Below are positions 26,093 through 38,916 of a stretch of 64,000 nt of DNA, piece by piece. This stretch comes from Felis catus (taxonomy: Eukaryota), in contig NC_058377.1 in assembly GCF_018350175.1 (NCBI RefSeq), positions 109,120,001-109,184,000 on the forward strand. Reading direction: 5' to 3'. Positions within the stretch are counted from its first letter, which is position 1. The number at the start of each line of letters is the position of its first letter. Under the pieces are notes generated by a model that worked only from the letters and a program-made list of their open reading frames with translations, was not told the origin of the DNA and did not search any database. Both the position numbers and the translations under genes were made by a program.

Positions 26093-26807
26093 TCACATCT
26101 GTTTTATCCATTCATCCATCGATGGATACTTGGGCTGCCTCCATATCTTTTGACTTCTTTTTTAACCCAGTAGTTCAGAGTCTGTTGTGTAATTTGCACA
26201 CATTTGTGAAGTGTCTACTTTTTGTTTATTGATTTCTAGTTTCATTCCATTGTGATTGGAAATGATACTTTGCAGGATTTCCATCTTTTAAAATTTATTG
26301 CAGTTTTGTTTGGTGACCTAATTTATGATCTATCCTGGGAGAAGGAGGTCCATTCTGGTGTTTGTAGGTGAGTGTTCTGTGTGTGTCGGTTTGGCCTCAC
26401 TAGTTTACGGTGTGCTCAGGTCCTGTGTCGATCTTCTGTCTGGTTGTTCTGTGCTTCATTGAAAGTGGGGCACTGACATCTCCAACTATTCTTGTACAAG
26501 TGCGTATTTCTCCTTCAAATTTGTCCGTATTCCTTTAGGATTTTGTTGTTAGGTGTGTATGTTTATAATTATTATACCTTCTTGATGGAGTTACCCTTTT
26601 ATGAATATGTGACATCTTCCTTTGTGTCTTAAATAATTCTTGATATAAAGCCTACTTTGTCTGATATTAGTATATTCACCCTTGCTGCCTTTTGATTACT
26701 ATTTGCATGGAATAACTTTCCCCATTCTTTCATTTTCAGCCTATTTGTATTTTTTGCTCTAAAGTGAGTTTCTGGTAGACAGCATAGACAGCATATGGTT
26801 AAATCAT

Positions 26808-27004
26808 TTTTTAATGTTTATTTTTGAGAGCGGGGGGGGGGGGGAGTGGGGAGGGGCTGAGAGAGAGAGACACAGAATCCGAATCAGGCTCCAGGCCCTG
26901 AGCTGTCAGCACAGAGCCTGATGCGGGGCTTGAACTCATGAACCACAAGATCATGACCTGAGCTGAAGTCGGACACTTAGCTGACTGAGCTACCCAGGCG
27001 CCCC
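26808..27004 (-). mobile_element. Can-SINE
   Basis: TSD tggttaaatcattttt. Confidence 0.92.
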
Positions 27005-29930
27005 TGGTTAAATCATTTTTAGTCCATCTAACAGCCTCTGCCTTTTAATTGGAAAGTTGAATCAATTCACAAACCAGGAGGCCTCTTGCGCATAAAAGGG
27101 TAAGAAACTAGTAAGGACTGGTTTCTCAAATGTTTGTGTCTCTCCACCAGGCCTATCTCAGTACTTGCCACATAGAGCTCCCTACAAGCGTTTGCTGATG
27201 GCAGCTGGATGCTTCTGAGGGAATCTGGGCCTGCTGGCAGAGCCGTGTCAGGCTAGGGAGGTGGCAGTGCCCGGAGGACTGGAATCAAGGGAGGAAGGAG
27301 CAGGTGCAGCCCATCAGTCCCAGTATTTGTTTCCAGCATCGGAAGCCAGCTACATACTGATCTAATGGGCAAGTTGGCCTGGGTCTGCCGGGAAGGAGGA
27401 TGGGAAGGTTGTGACATCATAAGGACCTCTGAGGGGTGAGTGTCCTCTGTCTGGGCCCAGAAAGCATCCTCCACTGCTCAGCCTACCGTGGGCTTGCTCC
27501 AGATGACTGTGGACCGGCACCAGTGGGTTTCCTGGGACTGTTGCCTGGCCTGGGAGGGGGGGGGGCATGTCTGCAGGTCTAGGAAGCCTTGGGTTCAGCA
27601 GACAACGGTCTGTGAAGGTGGAGAAGGAGAAGGGGGTCAGGAAGTGTGTGGTCCTGTCCTCACATTTCCCAGTCCAAGGGTACGGCTAGGCCTGGTGGTC
27701 CGTGCTGGTACTTCCAGGACCACAACCACTGTCTGGTACATCCAGTCTGTACTCCAGCCCCAGCCTCTCCCTAGGACTTTCTGAAAGTCCCGATGCTCAC
27801 TGCTTACACATGAAAGGGCCAGGCTTTGACCCCAGAATGCTAGATCAGCTTACGTGCATTTAGCCGCTGAGTTAAATGGCCTCTGAAGAGGCCACCACCC
27901 TCTTCTCTCCTGGATCTCTCCTCCTCTGTCTAACCCCCTATTCGGGTCTCGTCACTAAGGCCTTTCACCATTTGTTCCCAACCCACTGCTTCATCCTTAC
28001 CCTCTCCCCCCTCGCCCTCTCTCACATCCTAGGTGCCACCCCCCCGCCCCAAGAAGTCCCCACTGCCCCCTGAATGTTCAGTATCTGCCTTCCACCCTCC
28101 CTGGTACCTCTGCCTGGGATGCCCCTCCCCCACCTCAGCCCAGGAAACTCATTTTTCTTCTCTTGAGGCCTCAGGGCTGCCACCCTGACTTCCAAGAGGA
28201 ATCCAGGCATCCTTTTTTGGACTCTTACACTACACGCTTCTGCAGGGCCCTCACAGACCCCATCATCACCTGCTACATTCTGCTTCCTTGGCCTTGGGAG
28301 CAGGGACCGTGTCTCCTTTGTTTCAGGGTCGCCAGACCAGCCAGGGCCTGGCACAGTGAATAGTGGTCATTTGGGGTCTCCCCTGTGGCTTTATTTCAGC
28401 TGCCAAGGTCATATCGGTCATCTCACCTCTGAGCAGGGACCCTGTGCTGGCTCAGCGCCTGGTATATAATAGCTGCTTCAGGGAATGTTCATGGAAGGCA
28501 GGAGGGCAAGTGGGCAGAAAGGTTTTTGCTCTAAAAGCAAAAACCCGTGCTCTTCTCCGGGCTGGGCAAGGTAGTACGGATGTGTGTTGGAACAAGCCTT
28601 TCTTCCGTCCCTCTAGAAAATTGGCTGACTGCCTCTCTGAGGCTCCATTTTTGAGAAGGAGGGCCTGGGGAGGCAGGGGACACCAGTGGAGGGGGAAAGC
28701 AATAGTTGTCCATGCAGCCAGGTGCTTTGCCCAGGAGCACAGGACATCATGTGGTCAAGAGGGCCCAGCAGAGGGATGCCCACGAATCCCTGCCCCTCTC
28801 GGGGCCTCAGTCATCCCATCTGTCAAATGGGTACAATTATCCCTACCCTACCCGGCTTATCAAAGCGCTTTGGAAATAAAGACTCCGTGAACTGATGATA
28901 CAAATGAAGAAGGTTGTTATTAGACCCAGGAGTGGGTTTGGAAGGAAAACAGCAAAAAGTGGGGAGCAAGTGCTTAGGACTCCTGCCTCGAGCCTCGTGA
29001 GGGAAGGAGACGCAAATAGTGGGCAGGAAGAACAGCACCTATAGGGAGGAGAGAGGTGGGGGCTGGGTCCCGGCTCGGCCACGGACCAGGTCATTTCCCC
29101 CCGAGATCCGGTTTCCTCACCTGTACAGAGGGACAGCACCGTCCCTGCCTGGCTCCCCCAAGTGTCTCAATGTGGCTTCCGTAAGAGAATGGGTGTGGGA
29201 GAGCTTTGCAAATTGTAAAGTGGGGTACACACATGTAAGCCGCCCGCAGCTCCGGGACCCAGGCCCAGCCGGGCTCTGGGGAGCGGGGACAGTATTGGCT
29301 ACGCAAACACTGTGTGAGGCCCAGATGGTCCTTTGAGTACCTTCAGATCCCTAATGCCCGTTCCTTCTCCCTGCTGCCCTCGGCCTCCCAGGCATCCTCT
29401 GCCCTGGGGTCTGAGACATCCGATCGTGGAGTTGCTGAGGCCTGGGGAGGGGCAGGCTTGCCCTGGGCTGGCCCCCACTCCCACTCTGAACCCCGGGCTG
29501 GGCCCCAGCAGCCACGCCTGTGGCAAGACCCCGCTGGTGGCCTCCAGTTGCCACAGATCAGCAAGTGCGTGTCTTGAGATTAACAAGCGTACTCTTGATG
29601 GTGAGGAAGGGCCATGGTCCTTGGCCCTCTTTCCCTGATCGGCACCTGTGCAGAGAGGTCTTGTGTGCCTCTGAATAGTCTGTCTCTGTGATTCAGCTCC
29701 ACTGCTGGGGGCGGGGGGTTAGAATGACCGCTGGTGAATTCTTCCTCGCAGCCCCCAAATGGACACCAGCCCGGGAAGGAGAGCAGCACCCACTTGCAAG
29801 TGGCACTTCCAGACCGAGGGGCACCAGCCCGGCAGAGGCTTGGGCCCGGCTCGCCATTCCCCCCGCACGGGGGTCTCAGCTCCGAAGGGGTAGCGAAGAG
29901 AGAGCCGTGGGCGAGCCTGGAACGGAACAT

Positions 29931-30042
29931 TCAGAGCAACGCCTTGAAGAGGAAGGAGAGAGCGGCTCCACAGGAGAGCCCCAGGGCCAGGAAGAAGGTC
30001 ATCAGGGTGCCGGCCACCTCCCTCTCATGTGGCAGCACCTGC
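29931..30042 (-). CDS. SLC29A2: SLC29A2 exon 12
   Basis: QVLPHEREVAGTLMTFFLALGL...ALL*. Confidence 0.95.
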
Positions 30043-33000
30043 CTAGAACACACGGGAGGAGGCTCTTAGAAAACATCGGGCCAATCCTGGACCCCGCCCC
30101 AGTGCCCGGTGCCCCCCTTACGACAGGCCACCTCACTTCAGTTTCCCCATCTCTAAAACGAGACCACTGACGGGGACATCTCTCATGCCCTGCAAGTCCA
30201 ATATTACAGGACTCTAGACTCCACTGCCTTCCCTCCTGACAAAACGTCCCCAGCCTGGTTGTCCCCGCCACCTTTCCTCTCTCTGGATTCTCAGCTCCGT
30301 TGTCCCTAGCGCAAATAGTCCGTGAACCCTCCACTTTTGACCAACACCTCCGCTCCCCTTCAACTGAGAATCTGGGGGGAGTAGCTGGGCCCTAAGGAAT
30401 GATAGTTCAACCCATTTGTTTCACAAGTGAGGAAACAGGCCCAGAGAGGAGGTCCTAGAACCAGTGCCTGGGCTACTTTATTGGCAGGAACCTCCCGGGC
30501 TGGGGCTTCCTCTCCCTTCCTGCCCCGGGGCCGGCTCGGCAGGGAAGGCCTGACCTGACAGGGTGGCTGGCACCTAGAGACAGCCAGGGCTGGGCTGGCG
30601 GGAGGCAGAGCGGACCCTCTCCTGCAGGCCGTCCCCCTCAAGAAGAGCTAGGCCACCTCCCCACGCCCAGGCCCGCCCTCCCGACCCCCAGACCTGGGCG
30701 CCAGGCACATGGTAAGGGACATCAGGTAACCGTTGGACACCGCGAAGAGTAGCATGAAAGTGATGAAGTAGGCATCCTGCGGGAAGAGGACGGGCAGCCG
30801 GGACCTCTCGGGCACGTGGCACAGCATGAAGAGAGGCACGAATAGGACGCGCAGGCAGACGAGCAGGGGCAGCAGCCGGCTGTCCTCATCCGGCTGTGGC
30901 AGAAGCCGGGGTGAGGGAGGTGCCCGGAGCCCACCCCGGACAGACTGTCACTTCCCCTGACCTGTGACTCTACGTGAGCCGGTGAGGACCCAGCCCTCAG
31001 GCCTCCGGAGAGTGAGGGGCTGGGCCAAGGCCACCCAGCCATCAGGGACTGGCCTGGGGCTCGCCTCTGCCCCTCCGAGCTCCAGCTTGGGCCCTCTCCG
31101 TGGCAGAACTGGAAGAGGCCTTAGACACCATCTTTGGTTTTCAAGCCGGGTTCCTCCAAGTACCCTTGGGGGTTCCGCAGACCCCTTCGGGCCACATGGG
31201 GTTGTTGAATGGGATTGGAAGCCGGGGATCCAGGCCCCATCCTAGCTTGGATCAGAGCAACTCCTCTTCAATCTCCTTTATTTATTGTATCTCCTTGGAA
31301 GATTTCATTTAAAGAAGGAGCACCTTGGCTAAAAGCAGTCCAAACGCTAGAATCTTGTCCAGCGTCTCATTTGGTACGGGAACCTCCGTGTAACATTCCC
31401 TGAGGACCGAGGGCTGGGTTCTGGGCTGGATGCTGGGGAACATAGGCCATTTGGACGTGGCTTCTGCTTTCAAGGAGCTCACAGTCCAAGCCCTGGCTTG
31501 CATACCTCCAGGGGCCAGGTGCTCACTACCTCTTGGCCAGCTGTTCTGTTGCCAGACCTAGAGTGGTCAGACTTTTAGGAAACCACCTTTCTGTGCTCTT
31601 TCACACCCTCTGATCTCCAACTGCTTCCTGAAACCATCGGGCCCCCCCCCAGCCCAGGTATGCTCACCCATAGGAAGTAAGAGGTCAGACTCCGCCCCAC
31701 CCAGTCCATGATGTTAAAGAGCAGGAAGCAGCAGATAGGGTTGAAGAACTGACCTGGGAGAGAAAGAGGGCTCATCCTGGTCCCTCCTTCCTCTTCCCTC
31801 CTCCTCCCTTTCATTCCTCCTCCCTCCCTCTCCCCTGCCCTGCCCTGTTCTGCTTCCCAACACTCACTCCACTTCCCAGGACTGGTGGAGCTGGTCACCA
31901 TGGCTGTGATAGCGGGGAAGACAGACAGGGTGACTGCGAAGACCAACACAAGGCACAGCGCCGTCAGCCAGATCTGGGAGCCAGAGGCAGGGGTGTAAGC
32001 AGTGGGGCAGATTAGAGCCCAACGTGCAGCCCCAACCCCCAAGCGCCGGCCAGGGCACAGGACACCTGGGGCCTGGCCTAACTGTGTTCCTGGCCCACTA
32101 TGACCCTGATACCTTGAAGCGGACGCAAGTCTTAAGGCCCCATTCCATTCTAAGGGTCTTTAAAGAGGGCTGGAGAGAGCAGCTCTCTCTTCCCCAGGGA
32201 TGGTGGTTGGGGGCCATGGCCAAGCCGAACCTTTTGGAAGACAATGAAAACCGAAGGTTTTCCTGGCTTCTGGATCTCCTCTGGCTCCAGCTCTGGCTCC
32301 TTCTCAGCGTCAAGGTCCAGAGTCAGGGCTACCTTCTGGGGGCTGTTGGGAATACTGTTCTTCTCATCTGGGGCAAGAGGGGAGGGCAGGGTCATGCCGG
32401 TGACAGCCGGGCTCGACGGAGGGCAATTCCCAGCAGTCAAAACAAGTGACCCTCCTCCAGCTCAGGATGTAGGCAAGGAGAATTAACTATGGAAAGATGC
32501 TAAGCTACTATTATTAAGCACACGCATGTGCCAGGCAGAGTTAAGCACCTTAGATGGATTATCTCACTGCGACTCCTTTGCAAATAAAGAGACTGAGGCT
32601 CAGAGGGGTTAAGTGACGGGCCTAAGGTCACACAGCTTAGATGTTGTGAGACCAGGATTCAAACAAATGCATTTCGAGCCAGAACGAGCATGCTGGAGCT
32701 CTACTGTCCCCCCATTTTATAGAGGAGAAAACCGATGCCCAAAAGGCAGCAGGGATGACTTGACTCCCACTGAGTTCCCTTCACGATCTTCTGTGTCTGC
32801 TCACGCAAGGCTACCAGGGGGAGGACTCTAGATGGGGACGGAGGAAAGACCCTTCCCTGTGGAGGTAGCTTCGGCCTCCCCTGGGTCTTCCACCTCCCCA
32901 GCAGGGGCCCCAGCTCACCAGACTGGAGGAGCTCAGCTTTGGTCTCCAGCTCCTGACCTTGCGCCTGCAATGGTTTCTTGGCTAGGTAGTAGCGTGCGAA

Positions 33001-36000
33001 CTCCTGCAGAAGGAAAGCGTTGGCCCTGCCTGGCTTGGCTGAGGTGTCTGGATCCCTCTCCACCCTGTCGACTTAGAGGCTGGAGTCCCCCAGGGGCTGA
33101 CTCCTTTGGGGATCAGGTCCCCTCCTCCTCCCCTGGCCCCTCTCAGGGCCTCAGACTCAGAGCTGTATCTGAGATGCTCTGAAGTGGGGCCTTGAGCCCA
33201 ATACCAGGCTCACCAGGTGGGGCAGGCTCAGGTAACACACAATAGACGTGAAGATGCCCACGCAGGGTGTGACGAAGTACCCCAGGGCGGAGGTCTGGGC
33301 ATCCACGCCACCTGTGCAGAAACTTCAGCTGCAGACTGGAGGGGGCTGGTCCCACTGGCTCCCACGGCGGCTGAAGCCTCCTGTCCCACTTCCCATCATG
33401 CACTTCTCAGATTCACCTCCAGGCCTCCGCTCACTGACAAACTCAGGAACCTGTGCAGGGCCTAGCCCAGCCCCGCCCTTTGCTTCTCTCACTCCTCCCT
33501 ACTTGTCATTTTTGTTGAGCACCTGTTACGTGTTCATTATTACTGCATACACCTTACAATCTGGGGACAGAGCTGTAAGAATCATTTAGATGGGAAAACT
33601 GACACAGGTGAAGTGCCCTGTCCAATGTCCCTGGCTGGGGAGCAGTGGAACTAGGATTTGGACCAAGTTTATCTGAATCTCAAACTTGTCCCCCCCACTT
33701 CCCTCAAACCTAGGTTGCTGCCACAAACCCCTATCAGCCTCAGGAATCCTGGCCCTGGCCCTATGGTAACCCATTCCTTACCTGGTCCTTCCCTCACTGT
33801 AGAGCCCAAGAACCCTACTCCCTGTCCCCAAACCCAACCCCCAGCTTCCCATCACCTCCATCTTTACCAGAACCGAAGGCATCTCACTCCTAGCACACTG
33901 TCTCTGCTCCCAGAATCCCAGAGGCCAGCCCTGCCCTCCAGCCACCCAGGTCCACTCACTGGCCATGGCCATGAGCATGGCAAGAGCAGCGAAGATCCCA
34001 GCCAGGCCCTGGCCGCTGAGGAAGAGGGTGCTGTAGGTGGAAGGCATGGTGCCCAGCTGCCCGAAGAGGCTGCCCTGCAGAACTGCACAGAAGGCTGTGG
34101 AGGGATAGGAGTGGGGGCCGCCGCTCAACTAGACAGGCCTTGGAGGCTTCTCGGAGGAGGTGTTGGCAGACTCTGGACTAAGTTGGGCAGGCGTGAGACT
34201 CTGGGCCCTCTGGTGTATCAGCCCCCATTCTTTCCTCTGCTCAGGTGTAGCCATAGGTCTGAGGCGCCTGGGGCCAGGAGGCCTCATCTTAGGTCACTGT
34301 GGGTTTGGGACAAGTGGTTTCTTCTTCCCCTCTGGGCCTTGGTTTCTCATCAGGGATAGGAGGGCTGCTGTCCTCCCTTCTTGGATATGTGGGGCCCTTT
34401 TCACTTACAAAGAAGAGGCTGGGCTAAAGCCCTGGGTGGACTGGGTGGGGAGGTGGGGAGGTGGGGAGGTGGGGAGGGGCAGCGGTGCTCACAGTTGATG
34501 AACCAGACAGAGGCCATGGTGATGGAGAAGAAGGGCCCAGGGCTCATGTCCACCTTGACCAACACTGCCGTCAGGGCAAAAAGCAGCAGGATGGCCAGCA
34601 GACTGCCCAGAATCCGCACCGTCTCAGGGATGCTGCTCACAAGGAGGGGCAGAGTGGACATCAGCTGGGCCCAGGCCAGGCAGGGGGAGGTGGGCAAGAG
34701 ATTGAGGCCAGGGCTGGACAGAGGGACCTGGAGGGGACATGCAGGGGGAGTGGAGGAAGGATGGGAGTTCTGACCTGGGCCCAGACGGAGCTTCCTTAGT
34801 TGGGCGGGGGAGGGGCCACAGAGGGCGGGGAGCCCGAGGGGCAAGGTCTCTCACCACTGGTACAGGAAGGAGTTGAGGAGCGTGAAGAGCAGCAGGGGCA
34901 GCTGGGACAGCAGCGTCACCCAGTTGTTGAAGTTGAAAGTGTCTGCAGGGCCTGTGTGGTTGGTGCCCAGGGTCCCAGCGGTGTTGTTGGCCCCTGCCAG
35001 CCGCCCCTGGAAGTACTGACAGGTGCCAGAGGAGGGGGTACAGGGTCACCCTCCAACCTACCCTGAGGAACCCCCCAGCCTTCCCCCTCTGCCTCCTCCC
35101 ATGCTTGGGACTGCTCAGTTAACGTCCGCGGGAGCTGTCTGTTTGTCCTTGTACGGATCCCAGCACCTGGCACACAGTGGGAGCTCGATGAATGTGCACT
35201 GAATTGAACAGCAGAGGGCTGGGACAGGGCCCAAGCCCTAAGAACCCCCAACCTGGGCCTTGCTCCATCTCTGAATCTTCGGTGCCCGGGTTCCAGCCTT
35301 CATCCCCCACTCCTGCAGCAGCTTCCAGATTGCTGAGTATTCATTGAGTGCCTACTGTAAGCCAGGCCCTGGCCTAGGTGCTGACCAACTGCATTCTCTC
35401 TAGAACACATACTCGTCCAGTGTCTGCTTAACCTCCCCATCCGTCCTCCCTCCCCGCCCCCCCACCCCCGCCCCCGCCACTGCCCATGGCTCCCTGCGGG
35501 GCAAAACCCTGAGGTTTTAGAATGGCATTTGGGGCCCTTTGGGACCAGAGCCCAGTCTCTCTTTTGTGCCGCATCTGGTGCTCTGCTGGTAAGCTTTAGG
35601 TACCCCAGGCTCTGGCCTTTCTCTGAACGGCTGCATCGCTGTCACCTCCACCTGGAATGCCTTCTCCCTTTCCTCCCACGCCCCTCCCCCCCCATCACCC
35701 CGGCCAAACACCAATGCTTTGCCTACCCTTCTCCTAAGTTACAAATCACCTCTTCTGTGAAGCAGAAGGAATCACTCCCTCCCCCCCCCCTTCCGGGGGC
35801 CTACTGGATTTTACTCCAAGCCTGGGATGCTGAGTGTCATGTTACATTATTAATAGCTCTTTGCACCCAGCTCCCTCTCAAGACCAGGGGCTGATTAATC
35901 TTTGAGTCTCTGGGGCCCAGCACAGTGCCAGGCACTGAAGAGACATCTTGAAAGTTGTTGAACTGAATGTATATGAATAACCCAGTCCTAAAAGAACACA

Positions 36001-36919
36001 AACCCCACATTTCTTCCTTCCCTTGAGAGAATGTAAGCTCCATGAGGATGCAGGCTCCCTCTGTTATGTTTCCTCCTGCAGCCCCAGTGCCAAGAACAGG
36101 GCCTGGTTCACAGTAGGTACACGTTACTAACCGGTGGATGAATGAATGTAAGCCGTGCTTGGATAATCCGCTTTTGGAGTGGGTTAGCCCAGGGATGACT
36201 TAACCAGGGAATAACGACAAACAGGGGTGGTGGGTGGGTAGCTCTTTGCTAGTTCCAGAGCCCCACTCCCCCAACCCCCACCCCCACCCCCACCCCCACC
36301 CCCCCCACCCCCCACCCTGAGCTGGTAGCCTTGCCCCTGTAGGATCCGGGCATCTCTGAAAGCTTGGCCTTTCCTATCCGTGAAAGGGGCACTCGCCCTC
36401 TCTGAGGCTCGGTGCTTCAGCGGACAAACGTGCAAACGGGCATAATGAGGAGTCAAAGGTGGCATGGTGTGGAAAGCGCCTGGCACGCCTCTGGGCCAAG
36501 GCGATGGTGGTTGTGGCCATGGGGCTGGCACTCCAGCCGCGAGTCTCACCGGGATGGCCGTAATGAAGAAGTTCCAGGGAAGGAGAGTGCCCAGCCCCAG
36601 GATAAAGAAGCTGATCCCGACCAGGTGGTAGCTGTGGGGATCAGTCAGAAGGTCACCCCTAGGACGCGACGCCTCGGCTGCCGCCCCCCCTCCACGCCTC
36701 CCAGGTCGCCCCCTCCGGAGAGCGGACTACAACCCCCATCACTCCGGCTCAGGCAGCCCAGGGAGGCGGCTGATGGGAATTGTAGTTCCATCCAGTCCGC
36801 TTTGAGCCTTGGAGCGCCCGAAGGGAGCGGGTCTGCGCTGCCCACCGCCCCCCGGATCCTCGTCCGCACCCCACCCAGCGCCCAACTCGCCTGTCCTGTG
36901 GGGCGTCTCCTCGCGCCAT
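29931..36919 (-). CDS. SLC29A2: Equilibrative nucleoside transporter 2 (ENT2), whole spliced CDS, 456 aa
   Basis: Exons 36891-36919, 36550-36631, 34855-35015, 34493-34632, 33960-34094, 33214-33311, 32919-33003, 32231-32367, 31868-31973, 31668-31753, 30694-30893, 29931-30042, total 1371 nt. Reads MARGDAPQDSYHLVGISFFILGLGTLLPWNFFITAIP...LSFLFKALL*. Confidence 0.97.
30694..30893 (-). CDS. SLC29A2: SLC29A2 exon 11
   Basis: PDEDSRLLPLL...SNGYLMSLTMCLAP. Confidence 0.95.
31668..31753 (-). CDS. SLC29A2: SLC29A2 exon 10
   Basis: QFFNPICCFLLFNIMDWVGRSLTSYFLW. Confidence 0.95.
31868..31973 (-). CDS. SLC29A2: SLC29A2 exon 9
   Basis: IWLTALCLVLVFAVTLSVFPAIT. Confidence 0.95.
32231..32367 (-). CDS. SLC29A2: SLC29A2 exon 8
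   Basis: EKNSIPNSPQKV...SVFIVFQK. Confidence 0.94.
32490..32740 (-). mobile_element. MIR(s) in SLC29A2 intron 7
   Basis: gagactgaggctcagaggggttaagtgacgggcctaaggtcacacagc. Confidence 0.75.
32919..33003 (-). CDS. SLC29A2: SLC29A2 exon 7
   Basis: EFARYYLAKK...KAELLQS. Confidence 0.95.
33214..33311 (-). CDS. SLC29A2: SLC29A2 exon 6
   Basis: GVDAQTSALGYFVTPC...LPHL. Confidence 0.95.
33960..34094 (-). CDS. SLC29A2: SLC29A2 exon 5
   Basis: FCAVLQGSLFGQLG...SGQGLAG. Confidence 0.95.
34493..34632 (-). CDS. SLC29A2: SLC29A2 exon 4
   Basis: IPETVRILGSLL...SVWFIN. Confidence 0.95.
34855..35015 (-). CDS. SLC29A2: SLC29A2 exon 3
   Basis: YFQGRLAG...FNFNNWVTLLSQLPLLLFTLLNSFLYQ. Confidence 0.95.
36261..36317 (-). 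repeat. (GGGGGT)n G-quadruplex-prone repeat
   Basis: About 9 runs of 3 or more C on the + strand. Confidence 0.9.
36550..36631 (-). CDS. SLC29A2: SLC29A2 exon 2
   Basis: YHLVGISFFILGLGTLLPWNFFITAIP. Confidence 0.95.
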
Positions 36920-37850
36920 GGCCGCCCAGCGGGATGCGCCGGGGTGGGAAGGAGGTTGGGTGCTGCACCTGCACCTACGCCGGGGCCCGGGGGCCAGAAA
37001 ACCCGGGAGGCTGTGTCTTGCGGGCGGTAGACAGAGCGCGGAGGGGGTCGAGTCTCCCCGAAAGGGGCGGGGACGAAGCGGGAGCTGGGGAGGAAGGCCT
37101 GGAAGGATTTCTGCGGGTGTCAAGCTCCGCAGGATCGAACCTCGCTCCGCCCCCGGGGCGGGGACAGAGGGTCGCACCACTCCTCCCTACCTCCCCCCGG
37201 CGGGGACTCCGGACTCCAGCCCGGGACCCTGCCCGACCTCGCGGTCCCGGCACGCACGGCTACCCTCGCCATCCCGTGCGGCTTAGAGGCGGCTGCCCCG
37301 GGAAGGTCCCCTGCTGTCTCCCCTCTCCGCGGGCGCCCGTCTCGGACCTCTGCGGTTTGAATATGCAGATATGCACCCCTCTGCGGTGGGGGAGGTACCC
37401 CGCCCCTCCTCCGTCCGGAGCCAGGGAGCCGACCTGGTGCGGCTTCTTCCCCCTCCGCCAGCTCGGAGGTGGTGCCAGAGCCGTGCCGCGCGGGGTGACG
37501 CCGAGCCCTCCGAGGGGCCGGCTCGCCCAGGGGTAACCTGAGCGTCTGCCGCCAGCGGTCCTGGAGGGCTGCGCGGAGCTGGGTGCTTCGGGAGACCAAG
37601 GAGAGGGCCAGGCGTCCTCAGGCGGGTCTGGAAGACAGACAGACAGACAGACAGACTGCCTCTTCTCCTCCAAGCGGGTGCCCGGAGAAGCTCCGTGTCT
37701 TTGGGGGCGCACTGCGGAGGCGTGGGCCCAGCGGGGCATCCGGGCGGGCTTCCCGGTGACCGAGGAGCTGCGTTCGGGGCAGCAAGGGGTTAAGCAAAGG
37801 CTCAGGAGGAAAGGGTGACCCGGAGGTGCCCTCCCACCACCGCCGCTAAA
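36650..37850 (-). promoter_or_regulatory. SLC29A2 CpG-island promoter
   Basis: CpG-dense, GC boxes (ggggcggg at ~37064 and ~37155), spans the ATG exon. Confidence 0.8.
36891..36919 (-). CDS. SLC29A2: SLC29A2 exon 1 coding part (GC donor)
   Basis: Kozak gcggccATGG, MARGDAPQD, donor AG/GCGAGT. Confidence 0.88.
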
Positions 37851-38132
37851 CGAACGAACAAACAAACAAACAAACAAACAACTTTCGGCGATCCCGGGTC
37901 TCATCACATCAAACCTATGAAGATGCACCTACCTCCCACCTCTTTTTTTTTTTTTTTTTCTGTGCAAAACTTTGAAAAGATTATAGACCATGGCCATTTT
38001 GAAATTAATTTGCTCTAACTCATGGAATTTACAAGTGGGTTTGTTTGCTCCGCAGTCACGGTGCATATAAATGCTGATCTAATTTGCAAATTACTGTCAT
38101 AAGTAATGAAATTTTATGATCCCTTCCAGATT

Positions 38133-38134
<2 letters not shown>

Positions 38135-38172
<38 letters not shown>
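38135..38172. repeat. (GT)n microsatellite
   Basis: Pure GT tract. An imperfect GT tract also lies at 23557-23602. Confidence 0.95.
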
Positions 38173-38175
<3 letters not shown>

Positions 38176-38916
38176 AGCCGACCGGGAGTCTACGGGGCAA
38201 AGACTGTGTTTGCCTGGTTCAGTGTTTTATTATTGCAAACATCTAGTACTACTGACTGGTTCGTAGTAGGTGTTTGATAAATACTTGGTGAATAAATGGA
38301 TTGTAATAACACACAAGTGATTTGAGGGAGAACAGAGACAGCATTAAATTACACTGAAAGAGAAAGTTATTCTCTTTTCAATTTGCTTTCAAGCCTCCAG
38401 AATATGTCAAGGGGAAAGTCTCAACTTGGTGCTAACGTGTTTCTAAGGCCTCTTGGTTTCTCTCCTTCTTTCTCTAACAAAAAGCTGGCATCAGGGTTTC
38501 TGCTGACAATTTCAATATAGAGGTTCATAACTTTTAGGTTCCTTCTCTCTGTTTTTATTGTTGCTTTATTTTTCGGACTATGGATGCTAGCTTCCTATAA
38601 TAATGATGTACCCTTTTCTTTGAAAAATAAAATTATGTCTAATTTAATAAAGAAATGTTCATAAGTTTATTAGAATTAAATAAAGATTAAATAGAAATAA
38701 ATTAAAATATAAGCTTGTTAAATAATGAAATATTAAATTTTTATAATTTATTTAAAAATAAATGTGTTTATAGTACACCTGAAACTAATGTAACATTGTG
38801 TGTCAACTATGCCTAAATAAAAAGGTATAGAAGACAAAAGATAAATTTGCTTATAATTTAATGTAAATTCAAAAAATTAATTTATGAAAAATGAGTCATT
38901 TAAAGGAAATTAAGTA

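Larger units (their letters stand above)
23335..27065 (-). mobile_element. Old L1 fragments with a nested younger L1 3' end (~25170-26150) and Can-SINEs
   Basis: T-rich antisense ORF2/endonuclease-like sequence, tttttatggctgagtaatattcc L1 3' motif. Confidence 0.8.

Noticed and set aside
28390-28395. AATAAA as the SLC29A2 polyA signal
   Set aside because: About 1.5 kb past the stop and cannot be distinguished from nearer variant signals without 3'-end data.
36412-37536. 374-aa + strand ORF antisense to SLC29A2
   Set aside because: Starts at GTG, is low-complexity P/R/G and lies over a CpG island, so it is explained by GC-driven stop depletion.
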